A stretch of 64,000 nucleotides of DNA from a virus (IMGVR_UViG_3300014205_000014:1-64000); one strand, 5' to 3'; shown: positions 1 to 9,537, counted from the stretch's first letter. Numbers and translations are program-made. Notes: generated by a model from the sequence alone, not told the origin.

Positions 1-18
1 ACCGACTTAGGCCGCGCC

Positions 19-1293
19 GTGTTAGCGCAAGCGCCCGTTGCCGACAATGCGCCCGCGAATAAGCCGGAAACGATCACTGCCACGCAATGGGACACGGTAG
101 CGGAGGCGTGGCAGCAGGGTAAGGCTGTAATTCGTGACTGTTTTGGTGATATTACAGCTAAAATTGAGCAACTGCCAAATGGTGATTATGAGGCAACGGA
201 CATCTACGGCGAATCGTGGTTTGTAAAGCCTGTATCTGCGAAATACGGAACATTCACCGTTGAATGGTTTACCTTACCAAATCCGCTACCTGACCCAGAA
301 GATATTGCAGATAATGAGCGCGGCGAGGAGTTGGTTGAATTATTCAAACGTGTGGAAGTTCGTTTAGAATATTTGAATAAATCTGCTATTGAGTTAGGGC
401 TACCAATTGCTGAGGAAACAACCCTTGAACAGTGGCTTAATAACGCCGCTGATTATCTTCCGATATGGTATAACGACGCTATCAAAGATAATGCTCAATT
501 GTCACTAAATCAGCAACCGGCAGCCGAACCCGCGAAGGCGGCGGGGGAGGGGGAGCTTGTCCGCTACAGTGACGACTTTGGTTATATCATGAACAATGAA
601 ACTATTGACTATATCATCCTCCAAACACCAACGGATGGTCACAGTAGTTGGGTTGCTATTCACCCCTCTATTCAACAAGCCATCAACGAGGGGTGGGTTG
701 AGGTCATTTATTCAGCGAAATACGTGAACGATCAAGGCAAAGGTTACACGGTTAAATTGACTGAAAAGGGACGAGGACGGCGTAGAGCTTTTATGGCAAT
801 GACACAACTAACTGAGATAGACACCTTGCAAGCCGAACTCACCACCATGAAAGCCGAACGGGACGCGGCGCTGAACCGTAAAACGTGGCCTTATAGTGAC
901 TATCAATTTGACTATATCCCATATGCGCTAAAGATTACAGACGGTGATAATGAGCACCCCACTAATTACGGAGTGGTCAAAGTTACTCACAAGGCGCATG
1001 GGGCTACTGACACTTTCGTGGAATACAAAGAGGTTGAACGCCTCGAAGCCGCCCTAGCCGCCGCCCGACTGCGGGAAGCGAGGTTACGTGAGGCGCTGAA
1101 GCCGTTTGCGGAGGCGGGTAAGACGATTAAACAAGTCCCTCCGCCTGAAGTCGAGCTAGAACCTGATAGCCAATTGGTTCTAGACGAGAACATTGTTAAG
1201 GTATATGGCATAAGCGACACGGTAACTATAGGCCATTTCATGCAAGCCGCGTTAGCAGCGGGAAGCGAGGGGGCTAGCGATGGCAGCAAGTGA
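19..1293 (+). CDS. Phage hypothetical protein with C-terminal coiled coil (Ead/Ea22-like mosaic); probably 5'-truncated by window edge
   Basis: 424-aa ORF; heptad-like C-terminal segment (EVERLEAALAAARLREARLREALKPFA); overlaps next gene. Confidence 0.6.
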   Translation: MLAQAPVADNAPANKPETITATQWDTVAEAWQQGKAVIRDCFGDITAKIEQLPNGDYEATDIYGESWFVKPVSAKYGTFTVEWFTLPNPLPDPEDIADNERGEELVELFKRVEVRLEYLNKSAIELGLPIAEETTLEQWLNNAADYLPIWYNDAIKDNAQLSLNQQPAAEPAKAAGEGELVRYSDDFGYIMNNETIDYIILQTPTDGHSSWVAIHPSIQQAINEGWVEVIYSAKYVNDQGKGYTVKLTEKGRGRRRAFMAMTQLTEIDTLQAELTTMKAERDAALNRKTWPYSDYQFDYIPYALKITDGDNEHPTNYGVVKVTHKAHGATDTFVEYKEVERLEAALAAARLREARLREALKPFAEAGKTIKQVPPPEVELEPDSQLVLDENIVKVYGISDTVTIGHFMQAALAAGSEGASDGSK

Positions 1294-1627
1294 ACTTATT
1301 AAATGGCTTAACAGTGATGATACGGGGGTGTCCTCTAAGGCTATTGTAGCCTATATGGAGGGCATTGAACCGGGGCGCTTTGGATACGACTACCCGCACG
1401 ATCCTTCTGATTTAGGGCGCTGTTTACGGTTGCTGGATATTATGCCGGAATATAAGGCACGGTTAAAACACATGAAACACTTATCACCTGTATGGCGTAA
1501 CCTTATTCAGAACTGGAACGAAATCAGCGCTTTGTACTACGAAGAATATCCAACTGGCAGAGCGCCTAAATGTTATGACCGGATGAAGGCATTAATCGAA
1601 GCAGGACGCAATGAGCAAGTTATCTAG
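1280..1627 (+). CDS. Phage hypothetical protein
   Basis: 115-aa ORF, SD GAGGGG upstream, overlaps neighbours; YPHDPSDLGRCLRLL motif. Confidence 0.75.
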   Translation: MAASELIKWLNSDDTGVSSKAIVAYMEGIEPGRFGYDYPHDPSDLGRCLRLLDIMPEYKARLKHMKHLSPVWRNLIQNWNEISALYYEEYPTGRAPKCYDRMKALIEAGRNEQVI

Positions 1628-1727
1628 CCACGCCCACAGTCACCCCGTAAGCCGCAACCCTCAACGGGGCGGTAGGGGGCGGGAAACGGTAAATATTAGG
1701 TCTTATCGGAAGGGAAGGAAATCACAA

Positions 1728-2237
1728 ATGAACACACATCGAGTAGAAATCACAGACGCTAATTTTGAGCCAGTCATTAAGTATTTGGCTGATGCAATCA
1801 AGTGGCTCGACAGTGACCAGCCAGAGAACGCGGTCATGAGCCATCATGGAATATACCTTGCAGCGCCGCATGATGAAAGTGTTCAACTTAGCATCAGTCT
1901 GACACCGGCGGGCGCTAGCGGGCGACCAGTATTAGTTTTTGGCAAGCCATACATTGAGGATAAATCATCCGTTACGGGCGCGGCGCAGGATTGTTTTACT
2001 ACTGATGAGATCGAAGTCATTCAACAGGGTATCGCCTCGGCGGGTGGTGAAATTCTTGACGCTTGGAACGGGGCAGGAATGTATTCAGCGTCATTTGCTT
2101 TGGCGCGATTTGCGGGTGACAAAGTTGCGACACTCGTTCGCAATTATTCCCGACACATGCACCAGTATGGTTTTTCTTGGCCTAACGAAGTTCAGGCTTT
2201 GTACGGCCTAGCTGTGAAGCCTGAATGCTGGCATTGA
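1728..2237 (+). CDS. Hypothetical protein (start moved to ATG 1728)
   Basis: SD GGAAGGA precedes ATG at 1728 within the 1611..2237 ORF. Confidence 0.7.
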   Translation: MNTHRVEITDANFEPVIKYLADAIKWLDSDQPENAVMSHHGIYLAAPHDESVQLSISLTPAGASGRPVLVFGKPYIEDKSSVTGAAQDCFTTDEIEVIQQGIASAGGEILDAWNGAGMYSASFALARFAGDKVATLVRNYSRHMHQYGFSWPNEVQALYGLAVKPECWH

Positions 2238-2271
2238 TTCGCATCACATAATAAAGACTCTCAGCAACAAA

Positions 2272-2292
2272 AACCCGGCACACCACCGGGTT
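2272..2292. terminator. Terminator-like hairpin AACCCGG-N7-CCGGGTT with A-run on the left (U-tail on - strand)
   Basis: Perfect 7-bp inverted repeat in intergenic space. Confidence 0.4.
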
Positions 2293-2315
2293 CATAGGCA
2301 AGAAAGGAGCAAGAT

Positions 2316-2873
2316 ATGATCTTCCGCCAATACGAGGCGATTATCCGCAAACTCAAGACTGAAACACGTAGGACTTCAGAGAAGGATACGTACAAAGTGA
2401 ACCATGAGTACAGCGTTGTGCCAAAACGAGCACAACCGACTGTTTACTACCAATGGTGTTCCGACTTCAGCGCATGGGGGTATGAAAGCATTGCCGTTAC
2501 TCCGCGCTTAGAAATTTGGCATGAACTGCACGGGGATCGGTTTAAAACGCCCAAGGTTGTTACCATGCCGCCATATTGGGCAGGATTGGAAAACTGGAAA
2601 CCCCTCAAGGTACTGATCCTTGAGAAACGATGGGAACACCTGCACGACATTGACGAAGCAGGGGCTATCGCGGAGGGGATTCAGGTTAGAGACAGTCTTG
2701 ATATTAACGGTCATCGTATCGAGGTGTTTTATCACGATCTTTCCCGCACAGTCTTTTTTAGTGCTGTAGAGGCTTACCAGAACCTTTGGGATTTGATAAA
2801 CAGTAAGTCCAAAATCTATAGATGGAGTGCGAACCCTTTGGTGTGTGTGCATAGGTTCGAGATAGTTGAATAA
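2316..2873 (+). CDS. ASCH/PUA-like domain protein
   Basis: N-terminal I..K.KTETRR and C-terminal W.ANP.V.V..FE, typical of phage ASCH proteins; SD AAGGAG. Confidence 0.7.
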   Translation: MIFRQYEAIIRKLKTETRRTSEKDTYKVNHEYSVVPKRAQPTVYYQWCSDFSAWGYESIAVTPRLEIWHELHGDRFKTPKVVTMPPYWAGLENWKPLKVLILEKRWEHLHDIDEAGAIAEGIQVRDSLDINGHRIEVFYHDLSRTVFFSAVEAYQNLWDLINSKSKIYRWSANPLVCVHRFEIVE

Positions 2874-2986
2874 CAGAATCGTATCTGTACTTTTAGGCTA
2901 TTTGAGCGTAAAATAGAGTATCAAAAGGTAGCGCCCACACTGCTTGTAACAGTTGGGCGCTTGAGTAGTCAAAGGAACTAACTACT

Positions 2987-3508
2987 ATGAACAATGATAC
3001 AGGATTCTTGCCGTCCCCGCCAGATAACACTATCATTATTCAGTTGACTAAAGGATACGCAACAATCGTTGATTACGCTGATTTAGACTTGCTGCGATGG
3101 AAATGGAAGGCTTCGGGGAAGTATGTTCGCGCAGCGCGAAATGTATCAATTAAGGGGAAGTGGCACACTATATTAATGCACAGGGCAATTGTTGAGCGTA
3201 TGATTGGCAGAACTCTTGATGGTTCAGAACATGTAGACCACATTGACGGGAATCCGCTTAATAATAGTCGATCAAACCTCCGCATAGTAACCAATACTCA
3301 AAATGCTTGGAATCAGCACGCTTCAAAGAGTAACACGAGTGGATACAAAGGGGTGTGCTGGCATAAACGTCAACAAAAATGGGTTGCACAAATTTGCGTA
3401 AATAGAAGGGTGATCCACCTTGGAACGTTTGAAACACCAGAACAAGGGCATAAAGCATATTGTGAAGCGGCTAAACAATATTTCGGTGAATACGCTAGAT
3501 ATAGCTAG
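2987..3508 (+). CDS. HNH endonuclease with C-terminal AP2 domain (free-standing homing endonuclease)
   Basis: VDHIDGNPLNNSRSNLR HNH motif; NTSGYKGV..WVAQI...HLGTF AP2 signature. Confidence 0.92.
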   Translation: MNNDTGFLPSPPDNTIIIQLTKGYATIVDYADLDLLRWKWKASGKYVRAARNVSIKGKWHTILMHRAIVERMIGRTLDGSEHVDHIDGNPLNNSRSNLRIVTNTQNAWNQHASKSNTSGYKGVCWHKRQQKWVAQICVNRRVIHLGTFETPEQGHKAYCEAAKQYFGEYARYS

Positions 3509-3509
3509 T

Positions 3510-3593
3510 AGCATCAACGGGAAGTCGAAGCAGTATTGTTGGGCAGCTAACCCGGCAGTGCAAGTCCATAAGTTTGAACTGGTCGAGGAGTAA
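3510..3593 (+). pseudogene. Orphan second copy of the ASCH gene 3' end (SINGKSKQYCWAANPAVQVHKFELVEE*)
   Basis: Aligns without gaps to LINSKSKIYRWSANPLVCVHRFEIVE* at the end of 2316..2873; no start codon. Confidence 0.8.
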
Positions 3594-3604
3594 AGGAGCA
3601 AATA

Positions 3605-3844
3605 ATGACGGAACCTCTTAATATCGTGAAGATTACAAGCCAGAAGGCAATTAGGGAAAACACCAACGCACAGGGGCTATTCATAACTGTCATTCAGTCA
3701 GAAGGTGTTGCTGATGACGGGAAATTCTACCGCTGGCTAAACGATCATTGGGGTGATGAACAAGGGTGGGTGCACGAAAGCGGTATGTACCTTGTTATTC
3801 CACTTGGTCGCACCCAAGTTGACACGCCAAACGAACACTGCTAG
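3605..3844 (+). CDS. Hypothetical protein
   Basis: 79-aa ORF with SD AAGGAG. Confidence 0.7.
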   Translation: MTEPLNIVKITSQKAIRENTNAQGLFITVIQSEGVADDGKFYRWLNDHWGDEQGWVHESGMYLVIPLGRTQVDTPNEHC

Positions 3845-3875
3845 ACTGTCTAGCAGGTAACGTGCCTCGGCACAC

Positions 3876-3905
3876 AAAGGGCGCTCATGATCGTGGGCGC
3901 TTTTT
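3876..3905. terminator. Probable bidirectional intrinsic terminator
   Basis: GCGCTCA/TGGGCGC stem flanked by AAAG and TTTTT between convergent genes. Confidence 0.55.
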
Positions 3906-3906
3906 G

Positions 3907-4476
3907 TTACCCCTCCCCCGTGCTGTCCTCAAGATACTTTGCGGCAGCATCATCTTCGCTGATGTCGTACTGCACCTGATCGGCCTGCTTGACGTAATCA
4001 CTTGCTCCATCGTCAGGCGCGGTGGCATTACTCAGCGCTGGTTGCAACACTTCTGACTTCAACATCTTATACGCCGCCATACGAGCGTAAACGTCTGTTT
4101 TGGGATCAAGCGCGGTTTTCAAGAACTCCCCCATGATTTGCGTGAAGTTATCTTGAACCCTATCCGCCATAACTTGCAACTGTTCCAACCGCAGTGGTTG
4201 TAACCATGCCCGTGCATCTGCCAAGGTCTGGTTTTTCGACCATTCGCGCCGTTTGGCTGTGAGCGTAGTTACGGTGATACCCATTGCCTGTGCGACTTGG
4301 GCGTTTACTTCACTCGTGCTGCGGGTTTCAAAGGCCGCGCCAAGACCGCCGTATTCTTCCACGAGTAGCAAATAGACAAGGGCCTGAGTCATCTCAGGGT
4401 TAGATTGGTACAGGGCATCCCACTCATCAGGGGCAATGTCAATTTTTGCAACGATTTGGGAAGGTATTTTGCTCAT
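3907..4476 (-). CDS. HTH protein; terminase small subunit-like or transcriptional repressor
   Basis: HTH-like QVAQAMGITVTTLTAKRREW followed by helical region and acidic tail; only - strand gene in the early arm, divergent from promoter at 4509. Confidence 0.55.
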   Translation of the reverse strand: MSKIPSQIVAKIDIAPDEWDALYQSNPEMTQALVYLLLVEEYGGLGAAFETRSTSEVNAQVAQAMGITVTTLTAKRREWSKNQTLADARAWLQPLRLEQLQVMADRVQDNFTQIMGEFLKTALDPKTDVYARMAAYKMLKSEVLQPALSNATAPDDGASDYVKQADQVQYDISEDDAAAKYLEDSTGEG

Positions 4477-4508
4477 ATTTGTCCTTTCTTTTTTACACGA
4501 AATTGTTG

Positions 4509-4541
4509 TATAATGAGTTCTAAGAGACAGAACCGACTATG
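4509..4541 (+). promoter_or_regulatory. Early promoter (-10 TATAAT) with operator CAGAACCGACTATG
   Basis: TATAAT 4509-4514, operator 4528-4541; 23-bp block repeated at 18164-18186. Confidence 0.7.
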
Positions 4542-4581
4542 CACTTTATCTTACCACAAAAATAACAGAGGGAGGTTAATA

Positions 4582-5139
4582 ATGACCGGATCAGGTGCGG
4601 AAATTACCAATGAAGGTGTTGTTAAGGCTATTGAGCGTTTAGCCGTTCTCCGTTCGGAAATCGAACCCATTTTACCAACGCTAAAGGAGCAAAAGAACAA
4701 GGTTGCCGCCGAACTCGCAAAATACGAGAAAGAATTAAGCGATGCTGAGACAGCAGTACGCGAGGTGGCATTAGACTATATTCAACAAACGGGCGACCTT
4801 GACCCGCACCCTGCCCTTACCTTTCGCCGTACAACCAAATTGATGTACGAAAAAGAATCAATTATGTACGACCTCCTGACAACTGAACTTGACGAACTTG
4901 CAACTGAACCAGATCGCTTAATTAAAGAAGAAGAAATGTACAAGGTTCTAAGTAGTGGGGGAATTGGCAAGTATCTTAAAGTAGCCGTATCACTTGACGT
5001 TCGCGCCTTTGAAAAGGATTTTAAAGATGGGAAACTGGCATGGGCGCAGGTTGAGGAAGTTTCCGCCCCTACTATCGCCATTGGGAAATTAGGCGACATC
5101 ATTATCGCAAAGGAAATTGAGGACAATGGCGCAAGTTAA
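4582..5139 (+). CDS. Coiled-coil protein, Gam/Gp157-like (possible host nuclease inhibitor)
   Basis: SD GGAGG before ATG 4582; long N-terminal coiled coil; lies upstream of the recombination gene. Confidence 0.45.
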   Translation: MTGSGAEITNEGVVKAIERLAVLRSEIEPILPTLKEQKNKVAAELAKYEKELSDAETAVREVALDYIQQTGDLDPHPALTFRRTTKLMYEKESIMYDLLTTELDELATEPDRLIKEEEMYKVLSSGGIGKYLKVAVSLDVRAFEKDFKDGKLAWAQVEEVSAPTIAIGKLGDIIIAKEIEDNGAS

Positions 5140-5494
5140 ATCCCATTTGGCCCTACCCCATCTCGTGCTGTTGAAAATCATCCAGCAGCATCCGAACCTG
5201 CATAAGCATGAACTGTGGCATCCGCGCGGAGGTAGGTGGAATAAGAGCCTGAAGCTGCTGGTGGAAAGTGGTCACTGTGCCTACGTGACTGCGGATCGCA
5301 ATTTTGCAGCGGCTATCGACACGTTGCGGTTTTGCGGATTGCTGCAAGAAGAATGTCCTTATGTGGCAACTGAGGCAGCGGAAACGTTGCTTATGAACCT
5401 GCCGAGAAGCGAGAAGAAATGGCCTTTGTTGATTAAGATATGTGACAATGGAAGTTTCAATTTAAGTGATGCGATCTATTTCGAGAATAAGTAG
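5126..5494 (+). CDS. Hypothetical protein, possible winged helix
   Basis: ORF overlapping the upstream stop. Confidence 0.6.
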   Translation: MAQVKSHLALPHLVLLKIIQQHPNLHKHELWHPRGGRWNKSLKLLVESGHCAYVTADRNFAAAIDTLRFCGLLQEECPYVATEAAETLLMNLPRSEKKWPLLIKICDNGSFNLSDAIYFENK

Positions 5495-5510
5495 TAAAGG
5501 AGAAAACAAC

Positions 5511-5789
5511 GTGAAGTGGCGAACAATAACCGGAAAGGTGATGGATGTTAATGAGATGACCGATAGCCATATCCGCAATGCGTGGGCATTCTTGTTCTGT
5601 AAATTAAATTTTGGCGTAGATGATGGAGTGATGGATATTTTTGACGGGTTTAGGAAAGAACTAAAGCGGCGGGGACAGTGGAACTTGAAACTCGAACTTC
5701 AGTACAAGGATTTAGGAACGCGCAATAAAATCCATCGCATAGCAGAAAATATATCGTACCACAACATGCACGGGCATGACTTTGAATAA
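5511..5789 (+). CDS. Hypothetical protein (WRTITG...EMTDSHIRNA motif)
   Basis: SD AAGGAG before GTG 5511. Confidence 0.7.
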   Translation: MKWRTITGKVMDVNEMTDSHIRNAWAFLFCKLNFGVDDGVMDIFDGFRKELKRRGQWNLKLELQYKDLGTRNKIHRIAENISYHNMHGHDFE

Positions 5790-5818
5790 GTGAACAAAGT
5801 AGTAAAGGAGCAAGCATA

Positions 5819-7018
5819 ATGACCGACCTATCGTTAATGACTATTGATCCGGCAAGCGCCATTGAGGGCGCAAAAGCCCGTTATCAAACCCTGAAAGACC
5901 TCACTAAACAGGTGTTGGTTGAAGGGGTTGACTACGGCACAATTCCCGGCACAGAAAAACCCTGCCTGTACAAAGCAGGTGCGGAAAAGTTGTGTGCGAC
6001 TTTCGGGTTAGACCCGCGTTTTGAAATTCTCGAAAAGATTGAGAATTTCGATGACGAAAAAGGGCTGTTCCATTACGTGATACTGTGCCGCCTCATTCAT
6101 GTGGCATCAGGTGCAGAGATTGCTACAGGCATTGGTTCCTGCAACAGCAAAGAGAACCGCTATCGTTGGCGTTGGGTATCTGAGGATGATATTCCAAACT
6201 ACCTTGATAAGAAAACCCTCAAGAAGCGCGACTCCTCCATCACCGAGCCACAGTTTGCCGTTGAAAAAGCTGAAACAACAGGTCAGTACGGTAAACCCGC
6301 CGAATATTGGCAGCAATTCAAGGATGCAATTGTCAACCATACCGCCTATGCAGGTTCACGCTCCACCAAAAAGGGTACAGAAATGGCGACGTGGATTATC
6401 CCAAGCGTATCCTACAGGATACCCAACGATGAGATATTTACTCTTGCTAACACCATCATGAAAATGGCTTGCAAGCGTTCACTTGTTGCAACAACACTCA
6501 TCGGAACATCAGCCTCCGAGTGGTTCACTCAAGACATGGAGGACATTGCGGACTTCGGTGCAGACTTCGTTCAGGGCAAGGCGACTCCTGCTGTTGCTAC
6601 CCCTGCCCCTGATAAGATCATCGTGGATGATGGCGGCAAGACTGCGACTGAACTTGCTAAACTGAGTCCTGAAGCAGAAGCGGCGGCAAAGGTGAAGGCC
6701 GAGGCAGAAGCAAAGGAAAAGGCGCTCAAGGCGGAGCAAGAGGCTAAAGAGAAAGCGATTGCTGCGGAACGTGATGCGATCATGGCGGCAATGGTCGGTG
6801 ATGATAAGTTGTACCCAACTGCCGCTGAACTGAAGGAACGTATCCATCTGTGTGGTTATGACAGCTACGCCGCAATGCGAGGGGATATGACCAGTGATGA
6901 AGCGCTGATGCTGCTCAGCGTAGATGAACACGATGCCGAGAAAGTCATTGACACAGAGCCGGTTCTGCCTGTGGTGGATGTTGTTGTAACCCCTGGGCCA
7001 GTGAAGGTGAAGAAGTAA
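5819..7018 (+). CDS. Putative ssDNA-annealing/recombination protein
   Basis: DYGTIPGTEKPCLYKAGAEKL N-terminal motif common in phage recombination modules; Ala/Lys/Glu-rich linker; context. Confidence 0.5.
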   Translation: MTDLSLMTIDPASAIEGAKARYQTLKDLTKQVLVEGVDYGTIPGTEKPCLYKAGAEKLCATFGLDPRFEILEKIENFDDEKGLFHYVILCRLIHVASGAEIATGIGSCNSKENRYRWRWVSEDDIPNYLDKKTLKKRDSSITEPQFAVEKAETTGQYGKPAEYWQQFKDAIVNHTAYAGSRSTKKGTEMATWIIPSVSYRIPNDEIFTLANTIMKMACKRSLVATTLIGTSASEWFTQDMEDIADFGADFVQGKATPAVATPAPDKIIVDDGGKTATELAKLSPEAEAAAKVKAEAEAKEKALKAEQEAKEKAIAAERDAIMAAMVGDDKLYPTAAELKERIHLCGYDSYAAMRGDMTSDEALMLLSVDEHDAEKVIDTEPVLPVVDVVVTPGPVKVKK

Positions 7019-7187
7019 CAAGATAAGTATCTGAAAGGAGGTTTTATGTTCGATTACACGAGCAAGGATACAGAACCGGATATGGACTTTTGAGGGGAAA
7101 AGGAGTAAGATTATGGTATCAGTAAATGAAAGCACCCGCACTGTTCAAGCAGTCGGGCGCATGAGTAATCAAAGGACATTGACTACC

Positions 7188-7733
7188 ATGAATGATCTTA
7201 CCCCTGTTTCAAATCCCCTGCAAGTTGAAATATGGAAACCTATTGTTGGTTTCGAAAGCACCTACGAGGTATCTACTTTGGGGCGAGTGAGACGATCCGC
7301 CCCCGGCAAGGGTACTAAAGTTGGAAGAATTAGAAAACTAATTAATGACCATATGGGGTATCCAATTGTTCAGTTCATAAAAGAGGGTATACCTAAATCC
7401 TTTAAAATCCACCAACTTGTTGCTCGAACCTTTTTGGGCGATCCCCCGTCTCCTCAATATGAGGTTAATCATATTAATGGCATTCGCACTGATGCCCGTC
7501 TCTGTAATCTTGAATGGGTTACGCGATCAGAAAACATGAAACATGCCTATGCCACTGGACTTGCATCAAATAAAGGAGAAAGAAACAACGCCGCGAAATT
7601 GACGTGGGATCAAGTGCGCGAAATACGCCAAATGTACAACGATGGGGTAAAGAGAAAACAGATTGAAAAGATGTTCCCGATTAAATTTAGCGCAATCTAC
7701 GCCATCACGAAAAACAACACATGGAAGGAGTAA
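7188..7733 (+). CDS. NUMOD4-HNH homing endonuclease
   Basis: EIWKPIVGFESTYEVSTLGRVR (NUMOD4); VNHINGIRTDARLCNLEW (HNH); C-terminal HTH. Confidence 0.92.
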   Translation: MNDLTPVSNPLQVEIWKPIVGFESTYEVSTLGRVRRSAPGKGTKVGRIRKLINDHMGYPIVQFIKEGIPKSFKIHQLVARTFLGDPPSPQYEVNHINGIRTDARLCNLEWVTRSENMKHAYATGLASNKGERNNAAKLTWDQVREIRQMYNDGVKRKQIEKMFPIKFSAIYAITKNNTWKE

Positions 7734-7734
7734 C

Positions 7735-8295
7735 ATGCACATATTTACCAGATTAGATAACGGTAGACTTAAGACACATGTTCGTGCTGTAAATGAAATA
7801 ATGTATCCTGCGTATGGTGCTTCCACAGAACATATTACTACCCCTAGACCGCGCTGGATAGACAACCCTGATCTTCATCGACGATATTCACTACAAAAAA
7901 TGATGCCCGGTTCGACGCTGGTGGTCGGCAAGGTTGAAACCTACCGCAAGAAAACCATCAGCCGGTGGTGGGTCGAGGGTGAGGAATACCCGTTGGAGCA
8001 AGCGGTGGTGGCAATTGCCGCTGCTGCTGAGAAAGAACACCCCCTGCCCTTCTTTAAGTTGTCGGTGCTGCAAAAGCGCATTTTGCGATATTGGTTGGAC
8101 TATGAACAGAGGGTGGGTGAACCTCCGTACATCACCGAAGCCACTCGCGCCCTCAACCGGAGCATCCAATACTTAGGGGAGCAAATTGTACAGATGTCTG
8201 AATGGGACATCATGTACAAGGTGGGTGGTGTACAGGCTAAGGAACTATGGCACGTTAATTTAGACCGGATCGCGTTGATTAGTTTGGAGGAGTGA
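7735..8295 (+). CDS. Hypothetical protein with C-terminal winged-helix-like region
   Basis: SD GAAGGAG before ATG 7735; LSVLQKRILRYW...PPYITEATRAL resembles LexA-like N-terminal wHTH. Confidence 0.6.
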   Translation: MHIFTRLDNGRLKTHVRAVNEIMYPAYGASTEHITTPRPRWIDNPDLHRRYSLQKMMPGSTLVVGKVETYRKKTISRWWVEGEEYPLEQAVVAIAAAAEKEHPLPFFKLSVLQKRILRYWLDYEQRVGEPPYITEATRALNRSIQYLGEQIVQMSEWDIMYKVGGVQAKELWHVNLDRIALISLEE

Positions 8296-8522
8296 TGACG
8301 GACGGAATTGAGTACAGGGTTGGTATAGCCAGTTTGCCGCTATTTCCACATCCCTGCTTTAAAGAACCCGATGCAGCAAAGGAAGAAGCGCTGCTACAGG
8401 CCGATGAGCAGGCAAGTGTCATCGCCATATGGGAAATTAATTCGATAACCGACACGATCACCATAGCCTGTTTGGTATTTCAGGGCATGATCTTTGTTCC
8501 GGCGTTAGTGGAGGAACAATAA
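8292..8522 (+). CDS. Hypothetical protein
   Basis: 76-aa ORF coupled to upstream gene, SD GGAGGAG. Confidence 0.6.
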   Translation: MMTDGIEYRVGIASLPLFPHPCFKEPDAAKEEALLQADEQASVIAIWEINSITDTITIACLVFQGMIFVPALVEEQ

Positions 8523-8523
8523 G

Positions 8524-8796
8524 ATGATACTTAGAACCAAGAATAGTGCAGGCACACACATTTACCCCCGTTTGAAATCAGGAACAACCGCTGAGTGGGA
8601 CAGAGAACGTTATTGCGTTTTCGTTCCCGATGGGATTCTTGAGGGTGGGGATTGGGCTTGTAGCATTTCGGATAATGAAGTCGGCACGGTTGTTATCGAC
8701 ACGCTTGAGGAATTAGCACAAATGATAACCGCACTTGAAATCGCTTATGAACGCGCCAAGCAGCACAAGACTATTCCGGTACGAAAGGAGCAATAA
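8524..8796 (+). CDS. Hypothetical protein
   Basis: 90-aa ORF, SD GGAGG. Confidence 0.65.
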   Translation: MILRTKNSAGTHIYPRLKSGTTAEWDRERYCVFVPDGILEGGDWACSISDNEVGTVVIDTLEELAQMITALEIAYERAKQHKTIPVRKEQ

Positions 8797-8797
8797 A

Positions 8798-9052
8798 ATG
8801 ACAACGAAACTCGATACGATCAAAACTGCCGTTGCGAACCATTTTGCAGACCATGAAGCACGAGAAGCGGAGTACGGTGACAAGATTGTAACTGATGAAC
8901 ACGCCGCCATGTGCCTGCTCCGTGACTTACTCCCCCTTCTTGATGCGGCAGTGATATGGGATGACATAAGATGGGATACCCCAAAAGGGGAACAAGTAAA
9001 GAGACTTGTTGATTTACATACAGAGATTATTAAATTAGGAAAGGAGAAATAA
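8798..9052 (+). CDS. Hypothetical protein
   Basis: SD AAGGAG before ATG 8798. Confidence 0.7.
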   Translation: MTTKLDTIKTAVANHFADHEAREAEYGDKIVTDEHAAMCLLRDLLPLLDAAVIWDDIRWDTPKGEQVKRLVDLHTEIIKLGKEK

Positions 9053-9400
9053 ATGGAACCCAAGTACATTCGCAAGTTGAATGACCTGATTTACACGGAA
9101 CTTTTCGGCAAGAACACTACCGCGCTGTTGATTTACTTCAACCTTTCCCCTCTGAACCTACGCGATACAGACGACAACGCTATCCGTGACAATATGGGGC
9201 AGTTGGCACTTGAAGCACTGAATGACATAGAGGGGCGCTGTGCAGACACCTTTCGCTCGATGAAAGATGTATCATGGGAAGCAGTGACGGAGTTGGTGAC
9301 TGAGATTGCCAATGAAGCGGCAATCGAGTATAAGGCAGAGTCGGCGCGGTTGGGCGTGGATTTGCTAACCGGAAATCCTCTCACTATCCAAACGGAGTAA
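9053..9400 (+). CDS. Hypothetical protein
   Basis: 115-aa ORF, SD AAGGAG. Confidence 0.7.
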   Translation: MEPKYIRKLNDLIYTELFGKNTTALLIYFNLSPLNLRDTDDNAIRDNMGQLALEALNDIEGRCADTFRSMKDVSWEAVTELVTEIANEAAIEYKAESARLGVDLLTGNPLTIQTE

Positions 9401-9537
9401 TTCGGATTACAATAAGACAGAGCCGAATATGGCTTTTTGACCTCAAATGTGCTAGAATCAAAGACATCTAAATACAAACGGGCGCTTGTGCAGCAAACAC
9501 TTACGCCCGTTCTAAACTATGGAAGGAAAATTTCCAG

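Noticed and set aside
2874-3510. Group I intron carrying the HNH-AP2 gene
   Set aside because: The upstream gene has a complete C-terminus and stop, and no P/Q/R/S core elements were recognisable; a cassette with a replacement 3' end fits better.
3862-4056. Short alternative-frame and antisense ORFs in the track (e.g. 3862..4056, 11724..11981, 24277..24819, 46524..47270)
   Set aside because: They overlap better-supported genes with SDs and recognisable motifs, and have no motifs of their own.
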